The notes under the pieces were generated by a model. It worked only from the letters and a program-made list of their open reading frames with translations, did not search any database and was not told the origin of the DNA. Both the position numbers and the translations under genes were made by a program. A DNA stretch of 64,000 nucleotides, from NCBI GenBank assembly GCA_963826115.1, contig CAWGVS010000005.1, forward strand, positions 384,001 to 448,000, read 5' to 3'. Below are positions 1 through 10,250 of the stretch, in pieces; positions within the stretch are counted from its first letter, which is position 1, and every line of letters starts with the position of its first letter. The stretch is from an uncultured Candidatus Rokubacteria bacterium. Its GTDB lineage: Bacteria > Methylomirabilota > Methylomirabilia > Rokubacteriales > DASRDR01.

Positions 1-1
1 G

Positions 2-919
2 CGGAACCGCGAGGCGATAGATGCGGGCGGCGTTGTCGTGGAAGAGTCGGAGGCGGTCCGCGCGCGGGAAGTCCCGGACGATCTCCTTGAAGCCGCGGTA
101 GATCGTGTCGAACGTCGCGACCAGGCCGTCCACCGGGAAGTTCGAGGCGAACATCGCACGCTCGACGCCGAAGAGGTCGATCGTGCGCAGCACGATCTCG
201 CGGTTCGACTCGGTGGTCCAAGGTTTGCCGGGGACGCCGAGCCCGGAGATCTTCACCGCGACATTCGGCTCGCCAGCGAGCGTGGTCATGGCGGCGCGCC
301 AGCCGCGGAGACCCTCGGCGCTCCGATCCGCCGGCAATCCGGTGTGGTTCAGGATGACGAGCGTGTCGGGGAACGCGCGGGCCAGCGCGGCGGCCTCCGC
401 GAGATGCCACCAGGGCGTCTGGAGATCGAAGGACAGCCCGAGGCGCGCGAGGTGGGCGTAACCCGCGCGCCAGTGCGGGTCACCCATCGATCCTGGCGCT
501 CCGGGCTCGACCGCGCCCGGGGTAGGCGCAGCTCGGGGCTTGTGGCGGATCCCCCGCACGAGCGGGCACTCGGCGTGCCGCGCGAGGATCTCGTCGACGT
601 CGTCGCCGTCGAGCCGCGCCTGCGCGACGACGGCCGTCGGCAACCCCTCCCGGCCGGCGAGCGCCTCGACCCAGCGCGTCTCGCCGAGCGGGTCCGCCGA
701 GTCCCACTCCGTCTCGACGTAGACGGTCCCCACGGTCCGGTGACCCCGGGCGTCCTGGCGGTAGTCGGCCGGCAGATAGTCGCGGCGGAGTGGTCGCGTG
801 TCCCCGTACCGGAAGGGTGGGGGAGGCTCGTCGCGGAGCCAGGGGTGCCTGCCGAGCGAGAGGTCCCAGAAGTGCTGGTGCGGGTCGATGATGGGGAGGT
901 CGTGTGCCGCAGCGTCCAT
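2..919 (-). CDS. Amidohydrolase family protein (Amidohydro_2-like); stop codon lies just outside the window
   Basis: Not in ORF track (no stop). Manual translation from ATG 919: MDAAAHDLPIIDPHQHFWDL...RRDYLPADY...; near the left edge FASNFPVD...LFHDNAARIYRL. The DxHxH and SNFP motifs are typical of the family. Confidence 0.85.
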   Translation of the reverse strand, partial: MDAAAHDLPIIDPHQHFWDLSLGRHPWLRDEPPPPFRYGDTRPLRRDYLPADYRQDARGHRTVGTVYVETEWDSADPLGETRWVEALAGREGLPTAVVAQARLDGDDVDEILARHAECPLVRGIRHKPRAAPTPGAVEPGAPGSMGDPHWRAGYAHLARLGLSFDLQTPWWHLAEAAALARAFPDTLVILNHTGLPADRSAEGLRGWRAAMTTLAGEPNVAVKISGLGVPGKPWTTESNREIVLRTIDLFGVERAMFASNFPVDGLVATFDTIYRGFKEIVRDFPRADRLRLFHDNAARIYRLAVP

Positions 920-1013
920 GGTAGAGCGCTTTGCTATGAAGACACCGACAAACTATCGCCAGGACTCACGAAACGACGCGTGCCGCTCGCGCGCCGTCGC
1001 GAGCCCGCGGCGG

Positions 1014-2099
1014 TCAGCCCGCGCGCAAGGGTTGGAGGCCCTTCCAGTCGAACTCGACGCCGTGACCGGGGCGGTCCGGCGCCGTTGCCACGCCGTCCCG
1101 GATCGCGAGCGGCTCCGCGATGAACCGCTCGAGGCCGAAGCCGTGGACCTCGAGGTACGAGGCGTTCGGCACCGCGGCGAGGAGGTGGACGTGGAGGTCG
1201 TGGACGCCGTGCGAGGTCACGGGGAGGTTGTGCGCCTCGGCGACGTGGGCGACCTTCAGCCACGGCGTCACGCCGCCCACGTTCGAGACGTCGGGCTCGG
1301 GGAACGTGACGCCGCCCGCGTCGATCAGCCGCTTGAACTCGTGGACCGTGCGGAGGTTCTCGCCCGCGGCGACGGGGAGCCCGCCTTCCTGGACGACGCG
1401 CACGTGGCCGGGGACGTCGTCCGGGATCGTCGGCTCCTCCACCCAGAAGACCTCGTGGGCGGCGAGAGCGCGCGCGGCCCGGATCGCCTCGTCGGCCGTC
1501 CAGCGCATGTTCGCGTCGACCATGAGCGGCACGTCGGGGCCGAGATGCTGGCGCATCGCGCGCACCCGCTCGACGTCGTCCCGGAGCCGCGGGCGGCCGA
1601 CCTTCATCTTGATGGCGCGGAATCCCCGGCCGAGGTTGTCGTCGGTCTGGCGGAGGAGTCGGTCGAGCGGGAACTGGAGGTCGATTCCGCCGGCGTATGC
1701 CTTCACGCGGGGTTCGTGGCCGCCGAGGAGCTTCCAGAGCGGGAGGCCGGCCCGCCGCGCCCGGAGGTCCCAGAGCGCGATGTCGGCCGCCGCCATCGCG
1801 AATGCCGCCAGGCCGCCGCGCCCCACGTAGTGGCAGCCCCACCACATCCGCTGCCAGAGGACCTCGATGCGCTCGGCGTCCTGTCCGACGAGGAGCGGCG
1901 CGAGCTCCTCGAGGAGAGCGCGGATCGCCGCGGCGCCCGCGCCGACGGTGTACGTGTAGCCGACGCCCTCCGCGCCGTCCGCCGTGCGGACGCGCGCCGT
2001 CACGAGCTCGAAGTGCGCGATGTCACCGTGGGTCGAGTCGGAGAGCACGACCGGGAGCGGGATGCGGTAGTGGTCGACCTCGACGGCGGCGATGCTCAC
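1014..2099 (-). CDS. Mandelate racemase/muconate lactonizing enzyme family (enolase superfamily)
   Basis: DIALWDL, KMKVG (KxK), MVDAN, WVEEP, AGENL metal ligands. Confidence 0.9.
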   Translation of the reverse strand: MSIAAVEVDHYRIPLPVVLSDSTHGDIAHFELVTARVRTADGAEGVGYTYTVGAGAAAIRALLEELAPLLVGQDAERIEVLWQRMWWGCHYVGRGGLAAFAMAAADIALWDLRARRAGLPLWKLLGGHEPRVKAYAGGIDLQFPLDRLLRQTDDNLGRGFRAIKMKVGRPRLRDDVERVRAMRQHLGPDVPLMVDANMRWTADEAIRAARALAAHEVFWVEEPTIPDDVPGHVRVVQEGGLPVAAGENLRTVHEFKRLIDAGGVTFPEPDVSNVGGVTPWLKVAHVAEAHNLPVTSHGVHDLHVHLLAAVPNASYLEVHGFGLERFIAEPLAIRDGVATAPDRPGHGVEFDWKGLQPLRAG

Positions 2100-2136
2100 G
2101 GGCGGTGGAGGGCCACGCGGGGCCGGGGCCGCGCCG

Positions 2137-2835
2137 TCAGCGCGCGGTCAGCCGCCGGTAGATGCCAGGCGAGCCGGGCGCGTGCGCCCAGAGGCGCTCG
2201 ATCCGGCGCCGCCAGACCGACTGGGCGCGCGCGCGGTCCCAGGCCGGCTGGCGGCTCACCTCGGTATTGGCGAACTCGTAGACGGTGAGGTACCGGGGGC
2301 CCGCCCCGCGGTTCAGGTAGCGGCGCGCCCCGTACACCCCGTTCACCGTCATGTTGCCGAGGAGGTACTCGGTGTTGTACCACTCGTTGAACTCGTCCTC
2401 GTGCGCGGGGGGGATGTCGATCCGCCCGATCTGGAGGGCCGGAGGCAGCCCGTGGACGGCCGCGCGCTCGTCGATGCCCGGCGGGAAGATCTGGCCGTAG
2501 AGGCCGGCCGGCGACGGCGCGCCGCCGCCCGCGCCGGGGGCGCCGCCGGGGAGCACCGTCGCGTCGAGGCGCTCCAGCGCCCGCGCCGTCGCGGCGAGGA
2601 GCCGGCCGCTGGCCGCCGCGACCGCCGCGTCGTCGCTCAGGAGCTCGTGGATCTCGATGAACGCCGGCGCGCCGGAGACGCCGGCGTAGCGTCCGAGGGC
2701 GAGGACTCCCGCCGCGGGGTCGGCGGGCGCGAGGGGCTCGCTCGTCGCCCAGGCCTCGAGGTCCGCGCGCCGGGCCGCCGGCACCTCGGCCCAGAGGATG
2801 GCGACCGCGCGGCCTTTCCTGAGCCCGGCGGTCAC
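2137..2835 (-). CDS. Hypothetical protein with EthD/DUF4286-like dimeric alpha-beta barrel domain(s)
   Basis: C-terminal part of ORF 2137..3876. The GTG start overlaps the pcp stop (GTGA). Contains EDEFNEWYNTEY...ARRY...YLTVYE. Confidence 0.65.
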   Translation of the reverse strand: MTAGLRKGRAVAILWAEVPAARRADLEAWATSEPLAPADPAAGVLALGRYAGVSGAPAFIEIHELLSDDAAVAAASGRLLAATARALERLDATVLPGGAPGAGGGAPSPAGLYGQIFPPGIDERAAVHGLPPALQIGRIDIPPAHEDEFNEWYNTEYLLGNMTVNGVYGARRYLNRGAGPRYLTVYEFANTEVSRQPAWDRARAQSVWRRRIERLWAHAPGSPGIYRRLTAR

Positions 2836-3569
2836 GGCGCGACGGTCTCGGCCACGACCCGGAGCGCCGTCTCGACCCCTCGCAGCATCAGCGGGAGGTC
2901 CATGCTCGGCTGGTCGAGCCGGCTCGCCGCGACCATGGCGGGCAGGAGCGGGAGGTGGATGAACCCCGCGCGGGCCGTCAGCTCCCGCGTCGCGATCTCG
3001 TGGAGCGTCGCGTACATCGTCTGGTTGCAGAGGTACGTCCCGGCGGTGTTGGAGACGTACGCCGGCACACCTTCCTCGATCAGCGCGGCCAGCATCTCCT
3101 GCAGCGGGAGCGAGGCGAGGTACGCGGCCGGGCCCTCGGGCGCGCAGGGCTCGCTCTGCGCCACGTATCCGGCGTTGTCCGGGATGCGGTAGTCCATCAC
3201 GTTGAGCGCCGCGCGCTCGAGGGCGAGCCGCGCCCGACCCTCGGCCAGGCCCAGGTGGACGACGGCCACGGGCGCCATCTCGCCGAGGAGCGCCGACACG
3301 TGCCGGGAGGCCTCGAGGTGGTGCACCGGCAGCACCGCGCTCGCCACGGCGCAGTTGCCGATCCGCCGCCCGTCGAGCGACTTCGCGAGCTCCTGCGAGG
3401 GATTGAGGGTGTGGGATCCGAAGGGCTCGAACCCGGTCACCAGGATGACCGGCTCCGCGACGAGCCGGACCGACTCCCGCAGCTCCGGCTCGGCCCGCTC
3501 GGCCGACGTCCCGAGCTCGCTCACGGCGCGCTCGATCGTCTCGCCGAGGTCGGCAGGGGTTCTGGTCAC
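2832..3569 (-). CDS. pcp: Pyroglutamyl-peptidase I (pyrrolidone-carboxylate peptidase)
   Basis: ILVTGFEPFG..NPS, LERAA.N, AGTYLCN (catalytic Cys), GFIHLP. Has an approx. 40-aa N-terminal extension. Confidence 0.92.
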   Translation of the reverse strand: MTRTPADLGETIERAVSELGTSAERAEPELRESVRLVAEPVILVTGFEPFGSHTLNPSQELAKSLDGRRIGNCAVASAVLPVHHLEASRHVSALLGEMAPVAVVHLGLAEGRARLALERAALNVMDYRIPDNAGYVAQSEPCAPEGPAAYLASLPLQEMLAALIEEGVPAYVSNTAGTYLCNQTMYATLHEIATRELTARAGFIHLPLLPAMVAASRLDQPSMDLPLMLRGVETALRVVAETVAP

Positions 3570-3613
3570 GACGACAACTATAGCCGAGCGCGTTGGCGTA
3601 CACTACACGCTCG

Positions 3614-4366
3614 ATGGGCCCGGGTGAGCGCGGGTCGGGGACGAAGTTCGACCACGTTGCGATCGGCATGGAGCGCATGGCCGACGCCGCCGACGTCCTG
3701 GCCGGGCGGCTCGGCGGCCGTCCCGACTCCGGCGGCCCGGGCGGCGCGTTCCGGTGGGCCGCGTGGCGGTTCGAGGGCGGCGGGTCGCTCGAGGTGATCG
3801 AGCCCGCGGGGACCGACGGTTTCCTCCACCGGTTCCTCGCGGCGCGGGGTCCTGGGATCCACCACGTGACCTTCAAGGTGGCGAGCCTCGCCGACGCGTG
3901 CGCGCGCGCGGAGGCTCAGGGATACCGGCTCGTCGGGCGCGACGAGTCCGATCCGGACTGGCTCGTCGCGTATCTCCATCCGAAGGAAGCGCTCGGCATC
4001 GTGGTGCAGCTCGGCCAGTCCGGAGGCCGATACGGGCGACGACCCTGGGAGGTGCCTTCGGGACCGGCCGCGCCGGCGCCGGCGGTGCGCGTCCTCGGGC
4101 TCCGGACCCGGGTGAGATCGGCGGAGCGGGCGCGAACCCAGTGGGAGCGCGCGCTCGGCGGAAGCCTGGTCCGCGCGACGGAGGGCGAGCTCGTGTTCCG
4201 ATGGCCGGGCTCCCCGATGCGGATGGTGGCGGAGATCGCCCCGGACGCGGAGGAGGGCCCGCTCGCGATCGATCTCGGTCCCGGCCGGGACCCCGGGCTG
4301 CCGGCGGGGCCCGTGGCTCCGCTCGGCACCGTTTTCCGGGTCGACACGCGCACGCCGGAGCTGTGA
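3614..4366 (+). CDS. VOC/glyoxalase family protein (methylmalonyl-CoA epimerase-like N-terminal domain)
   Basis: [33 protein letters not shown]. Confidence 0.8.
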   Translation: MGPGERGSGTKFDHVAIGMERMADAADVLAGRLGGRPDSGGPGGAFRWAAWRFEGGGSLEVIEPAGTDGFLHRFLAARGPGIHHVTFKVASLADACARAEAQGYRLVGRDESDPDWLVAYLHPKEALGIVVQLGQSGGRYGRRPWEVPSGPAAPAPAVRVLGLRTRVRSAERARTQWERALGGSLVRATEGELVFRWPGSPMRMVAEIAPDAEEGPLAIDLGPGRDPGLPAGPVAPLGTVFRVDTRTPEL

Positions 4367-4394
4367 CCTGGAAGCGACGCGCAAGGAGGCATCC

Positions 4395-4814
4395 ATGAGC
4401 GACAAGGACAAGGTGGCGCGGAACGACGACGAGTGGCGGCACTGTCTCAGCCCCGAGCAGTACCGGGTCCTCAGGAAGCACGGGACGGAGCGCGCCTTCA
4501 CCGGCGAGTACCACGACTCCAAGGAGCCGGGTCTCTACCGGTGCGCCGGGTGCGGGGCGCCGCTTTTCGCGTCGGACACGAAGTTCGATTCCGGGACCGG
4601 GTGGCCGAGCTTCTGGGAGCCGATCGACCAGAAGGCCGTCGACTCGAAAACGGACCGGAGCTTTTTCATGACCCGGACCGAGGTCCAGTGCGCGGCTTGC
4701 GAGGGGCATCTGGGCCACGTCTTCGAGGACGGACCCGAGCCGACCGGTCTCCGCTACTGCATCAACTCGGCCGCGCTCAAGCTGGATCCAAAGGCGAATC
4801 CCGAGAAGAAGTGA
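4395..4814 (+). CDS. msrB: Peptide-methionine (R)-S-oxide reductase MsrB
   Basis: [19 protein letters not shown], two CxxC, HLGHVF.DGP, RYCINS; AAGGAGG RBS. Confidence 0.97.
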   Translation: MSDKDKVARNDDEWRHCLSPEQYRVLRKHGTERAFTGEYHDSKEPGLYRCAGCGAPLFASDTKFDSGTGWPSFWEPIDQKAVDSKTDRSFFMTRTEVQCAACEGHLGHVFEDGPEPTGLRYCINSAALKLDPKANPEKK

Positions 4815-4854
4815 GCCAGGCGCTTCCCGGCCGGGGTTGCGCAGAGGACGACTG

Positions 4855-5838
4855 ATGGAGCATCGGAAGCTCGGTCACAGCCCGTTCGAGGTGTCGGCTC
4901 TCGGGCTCGGCTTGATGTCGATGTCCGGAACGTACGGGAAGAGTGACGACGCGCAGTCGATCGCGCTGATCCATCGCGCGCTCGAGCTCGGCCTGAACCT
5001 CCTCGACTCCTCCGACATGTACGGCTGGGGGCACAACGAGGAGCTTCTGGGGCGGGCGCTCCGGGGGCGGCGGCAGGGCGTCGTGCTCGCGACCAAGTTC
5101 GGCCAGGTGCGCCAAGCCGACGGCGCCAACCTGGTGGACGGCCGGCCCGACTACGTCCTCCACGCCTGCGACGCGAGCCTGCGGCGGCTCGGCGTCGAGG
5201 AGATCGACCTCTACTACCAGCACCGCGTCGATCCCAAGGTGCCGATCGAGGACACGGTGGGCGCGATGGCCCGGCTCGTCGAGCGTGGCAAGGTGCGGAG
5301 CCTGGGCCTCTCGGAGGCCGCGCCCGCCACGATCCGGCGGGCGCACGCCGTTCACCCGATCAGCGCCGTGCAGCTCGAGTACTCGCTCCTCTACCGGCAG
5401 CCGGCCGAGGAGGCGCTCGCGATCTGCCGCGAGCTCGGGATCACGCTCGTGGCGTACTCGCCGCTCGGGCGGGGGCTCCTCTCGGCCCGGATCCAGAGCG
5501 CGGCGGAGATCGCCGAGGACGACCGGAAGCGCCAGCATCCCCGCTTCCAGGGCGAGAACTTCGAGCACAACCGGCGCCTCGTGGGCCGGATCGAGGCCAT
5601 CGCCCGCGAGAAGGGCGTCACGCCGTCCCAGCTCGCGCTGGCCTGGGTCCTCGCCCAGGGGTCCGACGTCGTCCCGATCCCGGGGACCAAGCGGGCCGCG
5701 TACCTCGACGAGAACCTGGGCGCGCTGGCCGTCCGGCTCTCCCCGGACGATCTCGGCCGCCTCGACGAGGCGATGCCACCCGGCGCCGCGAAGGGCGGAC
5801 GCTACCCCGACGCCCAGCTTCGCGGCGTCTACCTCTAG
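4855..5838 (+). CDS. Aldo/keto reductase
   Basis: D...[36 protein letters not shown]. Confidence 0.93.
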   Translation: MEHRKLGHSPFEVSALGLGLMSMSGTYGKSDDAQSIALIHRALELGLNLLDSSDMYGWGHNEELLGRALRGRRQGVVLATKFGQVRQADGANLVDGRPDYVLHACDASLRRLGVEEIDLYYQHRVDPKVPIEDTVGAMARLVERGKVRSLGLSEAAPATIRRAHAVHPISAVQLEYSLLYRQPAEEALAICRELGITLVAYSPLGRGLLSARIQSAAEIAEDDRKRQHPRFQGENFEHNRRLVGRIEAIAREKGVTPSQLALAWVLAQGSDVVPIPGTKRAAYLDENLGALAVRLSPDDLGRLDEAMPPGAAKGGRYPDAQLRGVYL

Positions 5839-5876
5839 TGGGGCGCTCCGGCGCGGCCCCGGGGACGGAAGGCCGG

Positions 5877-6860
5877 ATGATCGGGCGGCGTGCGCTGCTC
5901 CGCACCGCCGGTCTCGGCCTCGTCGCCGTTCCGATCGGGGCCGCCGGCCAGCCGGCGGGCCGGAGCTATCGCATCGGGTTCCTGGGCGGCGCCTCGGCGC
6001 CAGGGTACGCCACCCTCGTCGACGCCTTCGTCCAGGGCCTCCGGGACCACGGGTACGTTCCGGGCAAGAACGTCGCCATCGACTTCCGGTGGGCCGACGG
6101 GCGCTACGAGCGACTGCCCGATCTCGCCGCCGAGCTGGTGCGCCTCAAGGTCGACGTCATCGTGACGCAGGGGACCCCCGCCGCCTTCGCGGCGAAGCGG
6201 GCGACGCCCACCATACCCATCGTGATGGTGATCGTCGGCAACCCGGTCGAGAGCGGCATCGTCGCGAGCTACGCGCGCCCGGGCGGGAACGTCACGGGCT
6301 CGTCGTTCTTCTGGGGTGAGCTCAACGCGAAGCGCATCGAGTTCGTGAAGCTGGTCACTCCGGGCCTCACCCGGGCGGCGGTCCTCGTCAACCCCGACAA
6401 TCCCGCCATGGCCGCGCTCCTCCGGGAGACGGCGGAGCGTGCCCAGGCGCTCAAGGTTGCCGTGTACCCGGTCAACGTGCGGCGGCTCGAGGAGCTTGAC
6501 GCGGCGCTCGAGGCGGCGCGGAAGCAGGCGCAGGCACTGGCGGTCGTGGAGGACGGGCTGTTCCTGCCGAACGGCGCCAGGATCGCCGACCTCGCCGTCA
6601 AGCACCGGATGCCCAGCATTGGCCCGCGGGAATTCTGCGAGGCGGGAGGTCTGCTCGCCTACGGCGTGGACTTTCCGTACATCTGGCGCCAGGGCGCCGT
6701 GCTCGTCGACAAGATCTTCAAGGGCGCCAAGCCGGCCGACCTGCCGATCCAGTCGGCGACGCGGTTCGAGTTCGTGGTCAACCGGAAGACCGCCCGTGGG
6801 CTCGGGCTCACGCTGCCGCCCGAGGTGCTCGCCCGGGCCGACCAGGTGATCCCGGAGTGA
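5877..6860 (+). CDS. Orphan ABC transporter substrate-binding protein (ABC_sub_bind type)
   Basis: RRALL signal, AAELVRLKVDVIV, ARPGGNVTG, GGLLAYG, VDKIFKGAKPADLPI, LARADQVI. No permease or ATPase adjacent. Confidence 0.9.
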   Translation: MIGRRALLRTAGLGLVAVPIGAAGQPAGRSYRIGFLGGASAPGYATLVDAFVQGLRDHGYVPGKNVAIDFRWADGRYERLPDLAAELVRLKVDVIVTQGTPAAFAAKRATPTIPIVMVIVGNPVESGIVASYARPGGNVTGSSFFWGELNAKRIEFVKLVTPGLTRAAVLVNPDNPAMAALLRETAERAQALKVAVYPVNVRRLEELDAALEAARKQAQALAVVEDGLFLPNGARIADLAVKHRMPSIGPREFCEAGGLLAYGVDFPYIWRQGAVLVDKIFKGAKPADLPIQSATRFEFVVNRKTARGLGLTLPPEVLARADQVIPE

Positions 6861-6889
6861 GGCCCGGGGCGTCCGAGCCGGAGGGAGGC

Positions 6890-7441
6890 ATGACCGGGCT
6901 GCTCGTCATCGACATGCAGGCGGGGCTGTTCGGCCCGGAGTCCCCGCGGCACGACGCCGAGGGCGTGGTGACCCGGATCAACGACCTCGCCCAAGCGGTC
7001 CGGCGGGCGGGCGGCGTCGTGGTCTTCGTCCAGCACGACGGGCCGTCGGGCGATCCGTTCGAGCCGGGGACCGCGGGGTGGCGGCTCCTCCCGGCCCTCG
7101 AGCGCGAGGCCGCCGACGTCGTGGTGCACAAGACCGCCTGCGACGCCTTCTACCGGACCGACCTGGCCGAGGTGCTCGACGCGCGCGGGGCGACGCGCCT
7201 GATCGTCACGGGCTGCGCGACGGATTTCTGCGTGGACACGACGATCCGCGCCGCTGCCAGCCGTGACTACGAGGTCGTGGTCGCCGAGGACGGCCACACC
7301 ACTGCCGACCGGCCGCACGTCGACGCCGTCTCGGTCATCCGCCACCACAACTGGCTGTGGGAGAACCTCATCCACCCGAAGGTGCAGGTCCAGGTGCTCC
7401 CGGCCTCCCGCATCATCGGCCAGATGAGCGCTCCGCGCTGA
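6890..7441 (+). CDS. Isochorismatase-family cysteine hydrolase
   Basis: LLVIDMQ, K...DAF, TDFCVDTT; GGAGG RBS. Confidence 0.9.
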   Translation: MTGLLVIDMQAGLFGPESPRHDAEGVVTRINDLAQAVRRAGGVVVFVQHDGPSGDPFEPGTAGWRLLPALEREAADVVVHKTACDAFYRTDLAEVLDARGATRLIVTGCATDFCVDTTIRAAASRDYEVVVAEDGHTTADRPHVDAVSVIRHHNWLWENLIHPKVQVQVLPASRIIGQMSAPR

Positions 7442-7458
7442 CAGCCGGGACCGGACGC

Positions 7459-8388
7459 ATGGCGCTGGCCCTGGTCAGCAGATTCGAGAAGCCGGAGGTC
7501 TGGCGACGCACGATGGCGACCGAGCTCCCGGGCGTCGACCTCCGCGTCTGGCCGGATCTCGGCGACGCGAAGCAGATTCGCATGGCCGCTTTCGACTACA
7601 ACGTCCCGCCCGGAACCTTCGCGCAGATGCCCAACCTCGGCTGCATCGTCTACCTCGGACACGGCGCCAACGATTTCGTCCAGAGGCCCGACCTGCCGAA
7701 GGGCATGCCGGTGATGCGGCTGAAGGATCCGGGCATCATCGCCTGCATGACCGAGTACGTCCTCCTCTACGTGCTGAGCCATCGGCGCTTCGCGGCGACG
7801 TACCGCCGGTATCAGGCCGAGCGGCGCTGGCAGGAGGACTTTCCGCCATTCCCGAGCGAGGCCCGGATCGGGATCCTCGGCCTCGGCTCGATCGGCCAGC
7901 GGTTCGCCGAGGTGTTCGTCGACCTCGGCTACAAGGTGAGCGGCTGGGCCCGCGGCCCGCACCGCCTTCCCGGGGTCGACTGCTATCACGGACGCGACCA
8001 GCTGGCCGCCTGTCTCGCGCCCTGCGACTACGTCGTCTGCATCCTGCCCGAGACGAGCGAGACGCGCGACATCATCGACGCCGGGACCTTGGCGCTGATG
8101 AAGCGAGGCGCCTACTTCATCAACGTCGGGAGGGGACGCCTGGTCGTCGAAGAAGACTTGCTGGCCGCGCTCGATTCCGATCAGCTCTCGGGCGCGGTGC
8201 TGGACGTCTTCCGGACGGAGCCGCTCCCGGTCGACAGTCGTCTGTGGACGCATCCGCGGGTCACCGTGACACCACACGCCGCCGGCGTCGGCCAGCAGGG
8301 CTCGCTCGCCCACATCGCCGAGAACTACCGGCGACTCCTGGCCGGCCAGCCGCTCATCAACATCGTGGACCCTGCAAGGGGATACTAG
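7459..8388 (+). CDS. Glyoxylate/hydroxypyruvate reductase A-like D-2-hydroxyacid dehydrogenase
   Basis: GILGLGSIG, FINVGRG, LDVF..EPL, TPH. Confidence 0.88.
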   Translation: MALALVSRFEKPEVWRRTMATELPGVDLRVWPDLGDAKQIRMAAFDYNVPPGTFAQMPNLGCIVYLGHGANDFVQRPDLPKGMPVMRLKDPGIIACMTEYVLLYVLSHRRFAATYRRYQAERRWQEDFPPFPSEARIGILGLGSIGQRFAEVFVDLGYKVSGWARGPHRLPGVDCYHGRDQLAACLAPCDYVVCILPETSETRDIIDAGTLALMKRGAYFINVGRGRLVVEEDLLAALDSDQLSGAVLDVFRTEPLPVDSRLWTHPRVTVTPHAAGVGQQGSLAHIAENYRRLLAGQPLINIVDPARGY

Positions 8389-8406
8389 CCCGACGGCGAG
8401 AGCGCG

Positions 8407-9372
8407 CTACAGCCAGCCGGTCTTGCGGAAGCGGTAGAAGAGGTAGACGTCGATCACCACCATGGTGGTCAGGGCCACGGGGTACCCCCAGATCCAGCGC
8501 AGCTCGGGCATGTGCTCGAAGTTCATGCCGTAGAGGCCGGCGATCATCGTCGGCACCGCCACGAGCGCCGCGTAGGCGGCGAGCCGCTTCGTCGTCTCGT
8601 TCTCCTGCATCGTGCTGAGCGAGAGGTTCACGGACATCGCCGTCGTCACCATGTCGCGGATCGAGTCGATCGACTGGTTGAGGCGCGACAGGTGGTCCCC
8701 GACGTCCCGGAAGTACTCGCCCATGCCCGCGCACACCTGCGGGACACGCCCGCCGTAGAGCTTGCCGACCGCCTCGAGTAGCGGTCCGACGGCGTGCTTG
8801 AGGATGACGAGCTTCTGCTTGATGCCGTAGAGCGCCTCGACCTGGGCTCGGACGGCGAGCCCGGCGAAGATCCGCTCCTCGATCTGCTCCAGTTCGACCT
8901 CGAGGGTATCGATCAGCGGGAAGTACCGGTCGACGATCGCGTCGACCAGGGCGTACAGGACGTACCCCGAGCCGTGGCGGAGAAGCTCGGGCTCCCTCTC
9001 GCAGCGCTCCCGGACGTCGGCGAACCCCCGCTCGCTGCGGTGGCGCACTGAAAGGACGTAGTTCCGACCCACGAAGGCGTCGACCTCGCCCACCCGGAGG
9101 TCGTCGCCGTCGGGCTCGATGGTCTGGATGACGGCGAAGAGCGAGTTCCCGTACTCCTCGACCTTCGGCCGCTGGTGGCCGTGGCGGGCGTCCTCGACGG
9201 CGAGGGGATGGAGGTCGAACTCCTCCTGCATCTCCGCCAGCTCGGCGTCGGTCGCGTCGCGGAGCGCGACCCAGACGAAGCAGTCCGGCCGGCAGACGTA
9301 GGCGTGGATCTCCCGCGGCGTGATCTCCGCGAGCCGCTTGCCGTCCTGGTAGACGACGCAGTTGACGAGCAT
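8407..9372 (-). CDS. corA: Magnesium/cobalt transporter CorA
   Basis: HPLAVED...HQRPK.E and PT.IAGLYGMNF..MPEL signature, two C-terminal TM helices. Confidence 0.95.
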   Translation of the reverse strand: MLVNCVVYQDGKRLAEITPREIHAYVCRPDCFVWVALRDATDAELAEMQEEFDLHPLAVEDARHGHQRPKVEEYGNSLFAVIQTIEPDGDDLRVGEVDAFVGRNYVLSVRHRSERGFADVRERCEREPELLRHGSGYVLYALVDAIVDRYFPLIDTLEVELEQIEERIFAGLAVRAQVEALYGIKQKLVILKHAVGPLLEAVGKLYGGRVPQVCAGMGEYFRDVGDHLSRLNQSIDSIRDMVTTAMSVNLSLSTMQENETTKRLAAYAALVAVPTMIAGLYGMNFEHMPELRWIWGYPVALTTMVVIDVYLFYRFRKTGWL

Positions 9373-9458
9373 GGCCGGCTACCGCGCATCTTAGCAGCGC
9401 CCCGGTTGGCGGAGCGCGACGTTTCGCTCCGGCGCGCGGCGCGCTCGGGGCGCCCCCG

Positions 9459-10250
9459 TCAGGCGGCCGTCCAGCCTCCGTCGACCACGAGCGTCTGGCC
9501 GGTGACGTACGCGGCGTCCTCGCTCGCGAGGTACACCGCCGCCGCCGCGACCTCCGCGAGGGTGCCCCGGCGGCCGGCTGGCGTGACCCGGCGGATCGCC
9601 TCCTCGCTCCCGCCGACGCCGCCCGTCATGGCCGGCGCGTCGGCGCCGAGGATGCGCGCGGAGTTCGCCCGGAGACCCGTCTGGATCGCCCCGGGGCAGA
9701 TCGCGTTGACCGTGACTCCGCGGTCCGCGTAGGTGATCGCGAGCTGGCGGGTGAGCCCCACCACGCCGTGCTTGGCGGCGGTGTAGGCCGGGCCGCCCCC
9801 GGAGCCCACGAGGCCGGCGACGGACGCGACGTTGACGATCCGGCCGCGGCCGGCGGGCAGGAGGTCGGCCAGCGCGCGCTTGCACCCCCAGAAGGTGCCG
9901 GTGAGGTCGATCGCGAGGACCCGCTCCCAGAGCGCGGGCGCCATCTGGTCGGCCGGAGTGTAGCCGTCCAGGACCCCCGCCGCGTTGACCATGATCCCGA
10001 GCGGGCCCAGGCGGCGCACGGCCTCGGTGACCGCGCGGTCGACGTCGGGCCAGCGGCTCACGTCCCCCTCGAGGAACAGGGCCTGGCCGCCCCCGGCCCG
10101 GATGGCATCCACGGCGGCGTGGGCCCCCTCGGCGAGGAGGTCCATCAGCGCGACCGGCAGGCCACGGGCCGCGAAGGCCTCCGCGATCGCCCGCCCGATG
10201 CCCGATCCGCCGCCGGTGACGACCGCCGTACCCTGGACGACGGCGCTCAT
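9459..10250 (-). CDS. SDR family oxidoreductase
   Basis: C-terminal part of ORF 9459..11720: VTGGGSGIG, VNAAG, YTAAK, VNAICPG, VDGG. The ATG overlaps the upstream gene's stop. Confidence 0.92.
   Translation of the reverse strand: MSAVVQGTAVVTGGGSGIGRAIAEAFAARGLPVALMDLLAEGAHAAVDAIRAGGGQALFLEGDVSRWPDVDRAVTEAVRRLGPLGIMVNAAGVLDGYTPADQMAPALWERVLAIDLTGTFWGCKRALADLLPAGRGRIVNVASVAGLVGSGGGPAYTAAKHGVVGLTRQLAITYADRGVTVNAICPGAIQTGLRANSARILGADAPAMTGGVGGSEEAIRRVTPAGRRGTLAEVAAAAVYLASEDAAYVTGQTLVVDGGWTAA

Noticed and set aside
4395-4814. MsrB (and the molybdoenzyme) as further selenoproteins
   Set aside because: MsrB has a Cys codon (RYCINS) and the molybdoenzyme has a Ser ligand; neither has an in-frame TGA.
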